Source: Savitreella phatthalungensis
Lineage: Eukaryota
Length of the DNA: 64,000 nucleotides
Assembly: GCA_051599415.1 (NCBI GenBank)
Contig: AP039710.1
Location: 62,001 to 126,000, forward strand
Direction of reading: 5' to 3'
Position numbers and translations under genes: made by a program
In this document: positions 11,345 through 21,458 of the stretch, piece after piece
Layout of the letters: every line of letters begins with the position of its first letter
Numbering within the stretch: the stretch's first letter is position 1
The notes under the pieces: generated by a model
What the model saw: only the letters and a program-made list of their open reading frames with translations
Database searches by the model: none
Told to the model about the DNA's origin: nothing

Positions 11345-11809
11345 GACGGGATATCCCTTGCGACAGATTCTGCGACTGGATCGAATCATACCCAATCACC
11401 AATCAAAAGCATTGAGTCTCTAACGCTTCGGCTTCACACAAGCTCTTTTGCAATCCTTCGGCCTCTCTGAGGTCTCTCTTCTTCCCGAGCTCTCATCGTC
11501 TTGACCCTTGGTCCTCTTTTTATCACCTGTCACGTCGGCGACTCTGTGAGACTCGCCCAAAACTCATGTATCATTAGCCTTAGCGCTCTCTATTGTAGCT
11601 CATGACATATTCATTCACACATTCATGGACTTAAGCAGCGTGACTACACTCGGTCTGTCTGCTCGACTTGAGCGACTGGCTATATGATCATCAGTCGATA
11701 CTTCTACACGTGTCAAGATCATATGCTCGAGAGATGAGATGAGATGGATGCATAGACTTTTGATCTAACAATGGAGGTCGACTTGTTGTAGCGACTTTGA
11801 GCCTTCCTA

Positions 11810-12682
11810 CTACCTGCCTGCTAGCTTGATGCCAGAGACGTCTTCAAAGGCCTTTTTTGAGGAACCGACTGCTCCATCGACGACATGCGTCGCGTCCTGT
11901 GCGAGCTCCTGGGATTTCTTGACGAGATCGGTCAAGGCCTTGTTGGTCTGAGCATGAGCTTTCTGGAACTCTTTCGGCGCATACTGCTTCTCGACCCCGC
12001 CGATCACATCGGCCACGTTCCTCGTCGTCTGAGGGAGCAACCAGTATGCAGACCCGACAAACAAAGCAGCAGGCAGCGTCAACCTCACGAGCACATTGCG
12101 CCGCCGTGCCATAATACTACCTGTCATTCCAGCCACAGCCACATACAGCGCGTTTGGCAAGAGCGGTTCTCCTGGAGCGAGGGCGTAGTTACCCGGGAGC
12201 TTTCCTGTGGCGCCTCCAGCGACGGCATCTGCATGTCCACGAGACACCGACCCACCAGCATTGTCTGCCGGCGAAGACGAAGGCAGCACACGTCGCACCG
12301 TCCGCTCGACCTCCTTCTCAAACCCGACGACCTTGTCGACGGCAGCGCGGGCAGTAGCGTCGGCAGAGACAAGCCTGTCGTTCAGGTTCCTGCGGAGGTA
12401 GCCGATGTGGGTTTGGAGGGATGTGGGTTGGTCAGGGACGAGGTAGACTGGTGGCTCGGCGACGTCGTATGCAGGCAGTTTCCGCACAGGTGCTTCCGAA
12501 GGTGACGGCGTAGCCAGCCGTCTTGGCGTCTCCTCTCCATCCCCCAAACCCTCAACCTTCTTCTGCACCTTCCGAGCATCAGAAGCAGCGTCAAGCATCA
12601 CCAGCTTGTCCGTACCAGTCGTGTATGCAGCGTACCCAGCACCACCCAACACCAATGTCCCTAGCAATCGCGCAGACACCAT
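11810..12682 (-). CDS. MICOS subunit Mic26/Mic27 (apolipoprotein O family)
   Basis: RKLPAYD, PTSLQTHI, EPLLPNALYVAVAGMTGSIMARRRN..RLTLP..YWLLPQTTRNV pattern typical of fungal ApoO proteins. Confidence 0.85.
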   Translation of the reverse strand: MVSARLLGTLVLGGAGYAAYTTGTDKLVMLDAASDARKVQKKVEGLGDGEETPRRLATPSPSEAPVRKLPAYDVAEPPVYLVPDQPTSLQTHIGYLRRNLNDRLVSADATARAAVDKVVGFEKEVERTVRRVLPSSSPADNAGGSVSRGHADAVAGGATGKLPGNYALAPGEPLLPNALYVAVAGMTGSIMARRRNVLVRLTLPAALFVGSAYWLLPQTTRNVADVIGGVEKQYAPKEFQKAHAQTNKALTDLVKKSQELAQDATHVVDGAVGSSKKAFEDVSGIKLAGR

Positions 12683-13064
12683 TGAAATTTCAATCGCAAG
12701 CGCGTCTGTCAGTCGTCTCGAGAGATAGTTGACCCCACTAGATCAGGTCCTTGATGATGGTTGACGATGGTTATTAGAGAGGATAGGTTGCTTTGGATCT
12801 TCCCCAGAGTTCTTGGTCTGTTGGATGAGGAGGGTAACGCTGACGATTATACTCGTTAAAGCGAAAAAGGGAAATGTGAGAGTGTATTGCATATCATGCA
12901 TATCATCGAGTAGCAGAGAGAGAAGATGGAAGATGGAAATTGCCGGAGCCACTTTACAACAGTCAACGTCAACGTCAAGTACAAGTACAAGTACAAGGTC
13001 AAGGTCAAGTAACTAGTCTCAAAAGCAACAACAAACGACGACGTTGACCAGAGTCTAAGAGAGG

Positions 13065-13738
13065 ATGATTAACACTACTATGACCTCATCAATCAGACTA
13101 AGAGCTATCGGGGTAATCAGAGGATCATCTCCCAGAGCCATTCACAGTACGCGATCAGCAGGAGCACCACCTACAACCAATAACGCCGTCACCTCTGCTG
13201 GCAGATCAGCAGCTGAGCCAGTACCTGTAGCTCCTCCTACACCTCCTGCACCCCTTGTCCAACCGGTAGTCCAGTCGCCAACAGTACACAACATTCGAGT
13301 CAAGCGAACGATCGGCGGTCTTCGAGGCGGGTAAGCATTCTCCTCCACTCCTCACTCTCTCCCTCTCTCTTGGGTTGAACAATTGGATCCAACTGACATG
13401 GGTATAGTATAACTGGCTTCTTGCTTGGACTAGCTGTTGCCGGTGGACTAGGATACACGTACCTGTTGCAGGAGTACTCTTCGGCGAGTGCGCTATTGCT
13501 CGCTTCTGTGGAAGAACTCGAAGGATCGACGTCAAAAGTTGCCAAGTACGTTCGCCGGATCGAAGAGCTAGAACGCGCGGTCGATAAGCAGCGCAAGTCA
13601 CAGTCAACACAGCAAGACCATTCCGCACTCCGATCAGAACTTCACAAAGTCTACGCCCAGCTGAATGCAGATAACCTCGATCTCCGTGCAAAGCTGGTAG
13701 AACTCGAAGGACAACTGGCAAGAGCGAGCAAGGCCTAG
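13065..13738 (+). CDS. Conserved fungal single-pass coiled-coil protein, probably mitochondrial; two exons 13065-13330 and 13408-13738
   Basis: Splicing joins two track ORFs in frame (..IGGLRGG|ITGFLLGLAVAGGLGYTYLLQEY..). Presequence-like N-terminus, one TM segment, C-terminal coiled coil. Confidence 0.8.
13331..13407 (+). other. Spliceosomal intron (77 nt)
   Basis: GTAAGC donor, pyrimidine tract, ACTGAC branch site (13392-13397), TAG acceptor. Removal restores the reading frame. Confidence 0.85.
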
Positions 13739-14300
13739 AAGGCATCAGTCAGGATGCACCTCCGAAAAAAGGTGGCCCGAGGCGATCCTCTACCCGCTTG
13801 CCATCCCCCAAAAGCATCTGGACTGGGACTCGGACGGAGAGAGTAAGAAGAGAGAGAGGAGAGTGAAGAGAGAGACAGGAGGAGGAAGAGGAGGAAGATG
13901 AGGAAGAGGAGGGAGGAGACTACCGACTACCTTGATGGATGTAGTTTGAGTTTATTAGAAAAAGTAGAATCAAATCTAATGAATCCTCAAGCAAGAATAA
14001 ATAAGATTTAATGATTCCTTCAAAAAGCAATCAATTTGATTTCAGAAATCTTTAATGGAGCTGAACCTCGCACATACACACTCTCTAACAAATTCACGCA
14101 CATCACACAGACACGTCTCATCCACAGTACGAGTACAGGAAAGAGAGAGCGTCAAAAGACATTCAACGCGTCGTCAACACGTCGCTCACACTCATTAGGG
14201 TCCATTCACCTTTAGATTCAAGTCAAGTAGAAAGCTTACAAAGCTTCCAGAGCTTCCTGAGAACTTCCAAAGGCGCCCATCACACTTTTCACTTCCCACA

Positions 14301-14956
14301 ATGGCTCAACCGGTTGCGCAGATGTGGTGCAAGGCTACACTCCAGTATCCTAATGTAGCACAACTGCCTCTTGACTCTGTGGGTGAGATGCTTCAGAAGG
14401 CCGCACAGATCGCTACCACAGCTCCCTTCCAGTGGCAATTCATCGACAAGCCTCAAGAAGGTAGCATCTTCCTAGTCCTACTCCAGCCAGGCTCACAACC
14501 ACCCCCGGACGGCTACATGTACATGGACAACGAGCAGTCCTACCAGATGAACGTCGGCGGTAGGCAGCTCGAGATCTGGGAGCACAAGTTTGGGTTCGTG
14601 CCCGGGCATGAGTCCATCACAAGTCGGACGAGGAGACGATTTCGCCTAGGAGGACGTTCCCCGAACGACCTGTCCTCATCGCTCTGGCTGCTCTTCTACT
14701 CGCGCGCAGACGAATCACAGCGTATTCCCGCAAATATCGTCGCTGCACGTCCACAGCCGCCGCGCCAGTACCCGCTACCACAGGTCCAGTCGAAGCCCTT
14801 CAACCTCTTCCAAGCACAGACGGGTGTCGCATTTGTGCCCGTCCAAGCAGTCCAGTCCGGCGCCCCAGGACAACCCTACCCTGCTCCAGGCACTCGACCG
14901 ACACCATCCACTCCAAGTCTGCAACAGCAGCAGCAAGTCCCTGTTCAACAACAGCA

Positions 14957-14988
<32 letters not shown>

Positions 14989-15914
14989 AACAGCAGCGCG
15001 CCGCTGCTATGGCACAGAGACAGCAGCAGCAGCAGCAGCAGCAACAACAACAACAGCAGCAGCAGCAGCAGCAGGTAGGCGTCCCGCCGGGCACACCAGG
15101 ACAATTGCCTCCACAGACAGTACCACAGAAGAGATCTTATCCTGGAGCCACCGGTCCTGGTACTCCATCACAAGCCCTTCCTCCCCACGTGCTCGCCCAC
15201 CAGCAAGCTCAAGCAGTGCAAGCACAGGCACAACAGGCCGCTGCCGTCGCAGCAGCAGCCGCAGGCGTCGGTGCACATGCCGTCGTACCCCCAGAACTCC
15301 AGGGTCAACTTCTGGGTACCACAGCCACGCCAGCTGCCGCAGCAACAGTCTCAGCTCCTGAGGACTCTTCAACCCACCCCGCAGCTGCTGCTTCGGGTTC
15401 CGACAAAGGAGCTTTGAGTACCAATGCCTCAGGCGCTCTAGCTCCATTGCCAGACATCCTCACAGACGCAGACACCGATACAGTAACGCCGCGTCAGCTC
15501 GCCCTCGCCCGATACAAGCTCCATCACAATTGGCTGGCGGAGGTCCTGTCCGGAGAATCGACCTCAGCTATCACACAGCGGCAACCTGCGTTGTTCGACG
15601 CTCCTCCGACGGCTTCGGAGCTGGAAGCGCGAATTGCCAAAACACGCGAGGACATTGCTCAGAACTTGGAGCACCACGCGCAGCGCAAAGCTCGGCTCAC
15701 AACTCGGGAGCCAGAGTCGCCTGCAGCCGTCTACGCAGCCGCGACCAAGCAGCTCGAGGCAACCACAAAGGCGGCCGCCGCAGGCACAGCACCACCCATC
15801 TCACCTGCACAAATTCAGACTATCCAAGATAGAGTCACAGCGGCCACAGGTTGTGTGCCAGTCCCACGAAGACAACTCACCACAGGTCGCGTTCCTGACC
15901 GAATCGTCGGCTAA
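14301..15914 (+). CDS. SSR4: SWI/SNF-RSC complex subunit Ssr4 (DUF1750)
   Basis: N-terminal YP..L..A..I...PFQWQFIDKP.EG..FL, DGYMYMDNE, EHKFGF.PG, RTRRRFRL and LWLLFY. C-terminal D.DTVTPRQLALARYKLHHNWLAEVLS. Central Q/P/A-rich linker. Confidence 0.85.
14922..15074 (+). repeat. CAG/CAA trinucleotide repeats encoding polyglutamine tracts in Ssr4
   Basis: Two runs of about 17-18 Gln plus a shorter run, with mixed CAG/CAA codons. Confidence 0.9.
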
Positions 15915-16032
15915 GAAGAAAGAAGAGTCATATATAGAGTAAATACTTTTCTTTTCTCCTCCTTCTCCTCTTCATCCTTGTTTATGCTCATGCTCATGCT
16001 TTGCGTGACTCGGCTCTCTAGCTTCTCTAAAT

Positions 16033-17211
16033 CTACAACTCATCCTTGCCTGATTTATGCTTCTCAGGTGTGTGCTTGAGGAGCTTGGCGAGCTGTTTGG
16101 CAGTGTCTCCTCCTTCCTTGACCTTCGGAAGGACGACCTGCCACTCGATGAATGCCTTGCCCTTCCCCGTAGCGTAACCTTCCGGCTGCCATGCCGGCAT
16201 TCCTTCATCCTCCATCACAGTCACCTCCCCAGGCTGAACGACCTCACCCACCCGTCTCCCATACTCGAGCACACTCCCATCCAGCCGTGTAATCTTCCTC
16301 GTCCACCCTCCCAAAAGCGCCTCGCCTAACGACACCGCCTCTGTCCTGAACAAATCGTTCCTCCTCCGATGCCACCCTTTTGCATTCCCGCGAGAGTCCT
16401 CTCTGATAGTGATGACCAGGTCGCCTGTATCGATATCCGGCGACTCTTCCGCCTCACCCTCAAAAATAACCTTGTCGTTCCTCGGCAGCCCTGCGGGGAC
16501 ATCGACGACGTACGACTCCTGTGCCCTGTACACCTTTGCGCCATTGCACTTGGTGCACTTGTGAGTGATTCGGGAACCCTTACCGGCGCAGGCATCACAC
16601 GCCTGCTGGACCTGCTGAAACATGCCTGGGGCGAGCTGGATCTTGAAGATCTTGACCCCGTGCCCACCACACGACGCACATTCCTCGACCGGATAATCAG
16701 AATCAGCACCACTGCCTTCACACCGCTCGCACACAACCTGCTTGTCCACCGTCACGTCAAAGGACGATCCACTGTAGATCCTTTCGAGGTCGATCTCCAC
16801 AACACTCTCCAAATTAGGTCCCCGTCGTCGACCACCCCTTCCGCCCCCACCGAAGAACTGAGAGAACACATCGAATGGATCGTGATGTGGTGATCCTCCC
16901 TGTGCTTCGCGCTTCAACCCTTCCTCGCCGTACTTGTCGTAGGTTGCCTTCTTCTTCTTGTCCGAGAGGACCTCGTACGCGGATGCGACCTTGACGAATC
17001 TGTCCTTTGCTGCCTCGTCTCCTGGGTTCTTGTCCGGGTGGTACTTCTTCGAGAGCGTCCGGTAAGCCTTCTTGAAGTCACGCTCTGTAGGCCGATCGCT
17101 CTTCTTCAACCCCAAAATCTCGTAGTAGTCATCACCACTACCACCACCAACCACAAATCCCAGACACACCAACACCACCAACACCCACGAGAACCCTATC
17201 CGTACTAGCAT
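16033..17211 (-). CDS. SCJ1: ER-lumenal type I DnaJ co-chaperone
   Basis: Signal peptide from ATG 17211 (MLVRIGFSWVLVVLVCLG), J domain with HPD, four CxxCxGxG-type repeats, C-terminal KDEL. Confidence 0.93.
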   Translation of the reverse strand: MLVRIGFSWVLVVLVCLGFVVGGGSGDDYYEILGLKKSDRPTERDFKKAYRTLSKKYHPDKNPGDEAAKDRFVKVASAYEVLSDKKKKATYDKYGEEGLKREAQGGSPHHDPFDVFSQFFGGGGRGGRRRGPNLESVVEIDLERIYSGSSFDVTVDKQVVCERCEGSGADSDYPVEECASCGGHGVKIFKIQLAPGMFQQVQQACDACAGKGSRITHKCTKCNGAKVYRAQESYVVDVPAGLPRNDKVIFEGEAEESPDIDTGDLVITIREDSRGNAKGWHRRRNDLFRTEAVSLGEALLGGWTRKITRLDGSVLEYGRRVGEVVQPGEVTVMEDEGMPAWQPEGYATGKGKAFIEWQVVLPKVKEGGDTAKQLAKLLKHTPEKHKSGKDEL

Positions 17212-17441
17212 CCGTCCCTCTAAACGTGTCCACCCTGTGTTCTTCCGAGCGAGTGGTGTGTGGGAAGGAGTTGAGATACGTAGTTCTGTACGCGTACGTG
17301 TCAGGAATCTAAATTTGTGTGACCGCGTGCACAAGTGTGCATGTGTGCATGTGACCGAGTTGCACCTGCGCACAATCACCGGAACTCTAAAAAGTGAGTG
17401 AAGCAGGTGTCATAACCTGAGCCCTTGTTCAAAACACAAAG

Positions 17442-18218
17442 ATGACGCTCTCAGGGCCGATGCAGACCGTCATCTTGGCATGCACGGCGTTCATGCTCGG
17501 TGTGCTGCTGCAGAACTGGGCGGTCGACCACCGGACGCTTTGGGAGAGTGTGCCTAACGCATCGGCATTCGAGATTGCCGAACGGCACTACACGAGTCTG
17601 CTGGATGCGCCGCACGCGGTCAGACACACGCTCCACTGCGTCGCGGCCGTGTGGGTAGGCGCCCATATCGTCAAGCTACACAAACCAAACGAGTCAAACA
17701 CCCTGTTCGACGGCGCCTCCCTCATCCTCACAGTCATCGCCATCGCACTCTACGCACAGAACGTCGTCAGGGGAATGAGGACCATCGCCTCAGGCCAGTA
17801 CGATCTTCCTGACGGCCTCGCCACGGGACAGGTTGAGGCGGATGTGTTTAAGATTGGGGAGGCACAGGGGGCAGGTAGGGAGACGACGATTCAGGTGGTC
17901 GCTGCATCGAATGTGATTATTGCGATCGTGCTCGTGGGGATTATGGTGCTGCAGGTCGGGCAGGGGTATGCTGAGGGTGCGGCGATTAGGGAACTCGAGC
18001 ATATCAAGGAGCAGAAGGCTAAGGTGGATGGTGTCGCGGCAGATGTGGACGAGGGTGATCCCTACGCAGACAAGGACGATGTCGAGGAGACTGGGGCGGC
18101 GGTAGGCGTCGATGCCGCAGCTGCTGCTGCCGTCGCAGTCCAAGCAAAGTCAGCCGATAACAACACTTCCAAGAGCGAGACTGGAACGCCAAAGAAGCGC
18201 CGTCCCAGGAAGGCGTAG
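17442..18218 (+). CDS. SHR3: ER membrane chaperone for amino-acid permeases (Shr3/Psh3)
   Basis: F.LG.L..NW..D..TLW, KLHKPNESNTLFDGASL and VVAASNVII...LVG..VLQ.GQ.YAE motifs. Four TM segments and a charged tail. Confidence 0.9.
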   Translation: MTLSGPMQTVILACTAFMLGVLLQNWAVDHRTLWESVPNASAFEIAERHYTSLLDAPHAVRHTLHCVAAVWVGAHIVKLHKPNESNTLFDGASLILTVIAIALYAQNVVRGMRTIASGQYDLPDGLATGQVEADVFKIGEAQGAGRETTIQVVAASNVIIAIVLVGIMVLQVGQGYAEGAAIRELEHIKEQKAKVDGVAADVDEGDPYADKDDVEETGAAVGVDAAAAAAVAVQAKSADNNTSKSETGTPKKRRPRKA

Positions 18219-18489
18219 GCGTCGAACGGCGCAACCAGGTATATCAAAGCAAAGGGGAGTGGTAGTAACAGCGCAAGAAGTCAGATCAAGGGTATAAAAC
18301 TAGAGTCAGCGCTAGAGGTAGATGGAACGAAAAGAGTCAAATTAGGTCGAGGTCAAGTGAGTCGAGAATGGAGTTGGGCAAGGCGCTGTACATGTGTGAT
18401 TTGCATTTCGACAGGTCTGTCAATCTTCGAATGGATCGTATCTTACTGTTTTGCTAGTTGAAAAGAGGGACGACGGTCGATGAGTGGAT

Positions 18490-18972
18490 TTACTTCTCAC
18501 GCGCTGGCACGGCTGCTGTGTTTTGAGGTGCAGCGTACCCAGGAGGTGCGCTTGCTGGTGCATTGTAGTACGTCTGATTTGCGTAAGTCTGATTGGGCTG
18601 TGCGTATCCGGTGTTGTTATTGTTGTAGCCGTTGTAGGTCTGCGTGGTGTTCATCGGGTACTGTCCTCGTGAGGTGACGCCTGACTGCTGTGGGTGAGTG
18701 AAGCCAGGAGTGGCCCAGCCGGTGTAACGGACAGGTCCCATACCCTGCCTGGTCCGCCGACGGTTGCATCCGCAGAGGAAGAGCCAGAAGAGGACAGCGA
18801 CGCCGACGATGACGCCAAGGAGAATCCAGCGACCGTAATTGTACCAGCCGCTGTTGTAGTTTCTTCCGTATCCGTAACCGTAACCGAACTGACGCTTGAC
18901 GAATGAAGCAGAGTCAAAGTCTGCTGCGCGCTTGTCTAGAGCTGCGAGTGCGCGGTCGATTGGGAGGAGCAT
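18490..18972 (-). CDS. RCR-like (resistance to Congo red / chitin regulation) single-pass membrane protein
   Basis: W..YGRW before one TM segment, then RRRTRQGM.P..YTGW, a Q/N/Y-rich tail and PPGY (PPxY Rsp5/Nedd4-binding motif). Confidence 0.72.
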   Translation of the reverse strand: MLLPIDRALAALDKRAADFDSASFVKRQFGYGYGYGRNYNSGWYNYGRWILLGVIVGVAVLFWLFLCGCNRRRTRQGMGPVRYTGWATPGFTHPQQSGVTSRGQYPMNTTQTYNGYNNNNTGYAQPNQTYANQTYYNAPASAPPGYAAPQNTAAVPAREK

Positions 18973-19109
18973 TTGAGTCTTAGGTAGAGTGATGCGACTG
19001 TTTTGATGGATTTTGATGAGTGATTGATGATGAGTGTTGGTGAGATTGAGTAGCGTCAATGTCGTGTTTGATCGATAGAAGTGTCTATACGTTAAGAGGT
19101 CGTCTTGTT

Positions 19110-19320
19110 AGTGTGAGTGTGTGAGTGTGAGTGTGTGAGTGTGAGTGTGTGAGTGTGAGTGTGAGTGTGAGTGTGAGTGTGTGAGTGTGAGTGTGAGTGT
19201 GAGTGTGTGAGTGTGAGTGTGTTGGTAAGAGTATGTGAGCAGGTGACGTGCTAGCGTAAGTGAGTGAGTGAGTGACTGAGTGACTGAGTGAGTGACTGAG
19301 AGAGTAACTGAGTGAGTAAG
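19110..19320. repeat. Compound (GTGTGA/GT)n and (TGAG)n microsatellite
   Basis: About 110 bp of GTGTGA/GT repeats, then a degenerate TGAG run, upstream of the RCR-like gene. Confidence 0.92.
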
Positions 19321-20808
19321 TACGTGGCTGTGGTTGACTCTAATTCAGCAGCTGAGAATCAACCTCGTTGGAGATCCAGTTTGAGATTGAGTAAATTGAA
19401 TACACAGCCCAGTTGCTCTTTGCAGATCATCCAGATCGTAGGCGGGTTTAGATTCACGCGGTAATGCGCAGCACAGACACATATCAACAGAAGGCCCAAA
19501 AGCACAGAGAGCACAGCCAGTACAGTACAGCACAGAATATATCAGCGAAGCGAACTAGGGTCAGAAAGACCAGCAGCAATCCGACCGGCAATAGAGCAGA
19601 GAAGGATTATGAAACTTGTTCTTCAGCCACGTTTATATATCGACTCCTTTCAGATTCCAACCCATGAGTCGCCATAAATAACTTTCCTGCGCTTCTGCGT
19701 CATATCTGTTGCAAGTCAAACCCACGAGGAGGCTTAGCGTCATAGATGATTCTGCTGAACTTGTCCATGGACTCCCATTCTGAAACTTCTAGCTCTGACC
19801 ACCGTCAAACAGAAATAAGGTCCTTGTCGATGACGACAGATTCGGTTTCGTCGGATTCATTTGTGTTTGCACTGCATATGGGCATGGCAAATACTCAAGC
19901 TTCTCTGATTCTGGTAAATTCAGCATTCATCTGTACGAGTCAGTCATGCAGTTGAGCATGAAGATGCAGTGTTCAGAGCATTCACGCGTGCATCTTCAAT
20001 TCACATGTGTGTTCTTTTCCAGTGCACATGATATCCATATATGTACGTCAGCACGTACGCAAGTACGCGCATGCATGCTGGTAACGTGTATCTTCAACGT
20101 GTACCATTCACATGGTTCAAATGCAGGGGCTTCGTCTCGATTGCCGTTGATTGATTGCACATGCCATTGACTCCTCTATATCGGTGAATGACATACGATA
20201 AGAGTGACTTCACACTTACATCCCTTTGACTCCCAGACGGACTCTTTATAAGCATTGCTATTCCCAACGTGTCATCCGCCGAGACTCTGGAATACAGCAA
20301 CATGCTGTCATTCTGCTCAGGAGGATGCCCAAGTTCTTGTTCACAGGCTTCTGAACTTTCGTCATTCCTTCATGATCACTGGCGTTGAGCTGGTTATCCA
20401 ACCCGTCCACGATCATCTCCATCCACAGACGCAAGCGTAGCCTGACAAGTGCATCGACCATTTGTCCGACAACGGACACCTCAGCGTTCTGAGTGCACAT
20501 GCCACTGATACGCAACCCAGACGTCCTCCAAAAGTCTCATGAGGTCTATCCTGCTCAACTATTCAACGGTCGCCACAATGTCTTTCTTCGTGCATCCACG
20601 CGCCTGATCACATGTTCACCATCAAATATTTTCCAAGCAGTCTCGATGCACAAAATTTGGTATATGCGTAAACTTGACAGGAAAAAAAGTCCTGGTCAAG
20701 CATTACACTGCACCAAAACTCACCTCACTCTGAGTAGCGTCCACCTGCAGTCTCCTCCACAGTCTCCTCTCCTTGAAAGCCCACCCTTCAGCTCCTCGGC
20801 ACATCAAA

Positions 20809-21390
20809 ATGCTGCGTATAGCCCTACACAGGCCGCTTCCGGCAAGACATTCGGCTCTCCTGATACCCACAAAGGCAAAGCCAGTTCGCCGCTTTGGCTG
20901 GACATCTCTAGCTCGCAATGCTCCCACTCAAGAGCAGTTCACGCCTCAAGAACTCACTCGTGCAGACACATCAATCTACACTGCTCCCCTTGCAACCACA
21001 GTCCGCAACATTAAAATCTTCTCAGTCAGCTCATTCGCGGCCTCCGCAGCCATCTCACCCATGTTTTTCCTTATCGACTCAGAGATCGATATCCCTGTCC
21101 GCGTCGCCCTTGTCGGTATCGCCGTAGCCACATCAGCTCTCTCTACTGGCGTCATTGCCTGGGTTCTCAAGCCTTACGTCGTCAGTGGCAAGCTCCTTGG
21201 CGAGCAGTCAGCCTCAGTCACAAGGCTCGATCTCCTCGGACGCAGATACACCTCCACAATCACCGGCAGCGAGCTCAAAATCGACCGCAACGGTCGCATG
21301 TTCGCCAATCTTCGTGGCAATGCAAACGAGCCGTACTACATCCACGAGACATCCGGCTTCTGGAAGCACCTTGGACTCGACAGCAAGTAA
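20809..21390 (+). CDS. TMEM70-like mitochondrial membrane protein
   Basis: Presequence-like start MLRIALHRP. IYTAPLATTVRNIKIFSVSS, two TM segments, ST..I.W..KPYV and R.FAN motifs. Confidence 0.78.
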   Translation: MLRIALHRPLPARHSALLIPTKAKPVRRFGWTSLARNAPTQEQFTPQELTRADTSIYTAPLATTVRNIKIFSVSSFAASAAISPMFFLIDSEIDIPVRVALVGIAVATSALSTGVIAWVLKPYVVSGKLLGEQSASVTRLDLLGRRYTSTITGSELKIDRNGRMFANLRGNANEPYYIHETSGFWKHLGLDSK

Positions 21391-21458
21391 GGACTTTTCA
21401 AGGCACCTCGCGACGACGATGCATGACCTGGAGATGCTCTTCTACACCAACGGGATGT

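Noticed and set aside
19330..20770. Short ORFs between the RCR-like and TMEM70-like genes
   Set aside because: No recognisable motifs, codon bias or splice structure; treated as a divergent promoter region.
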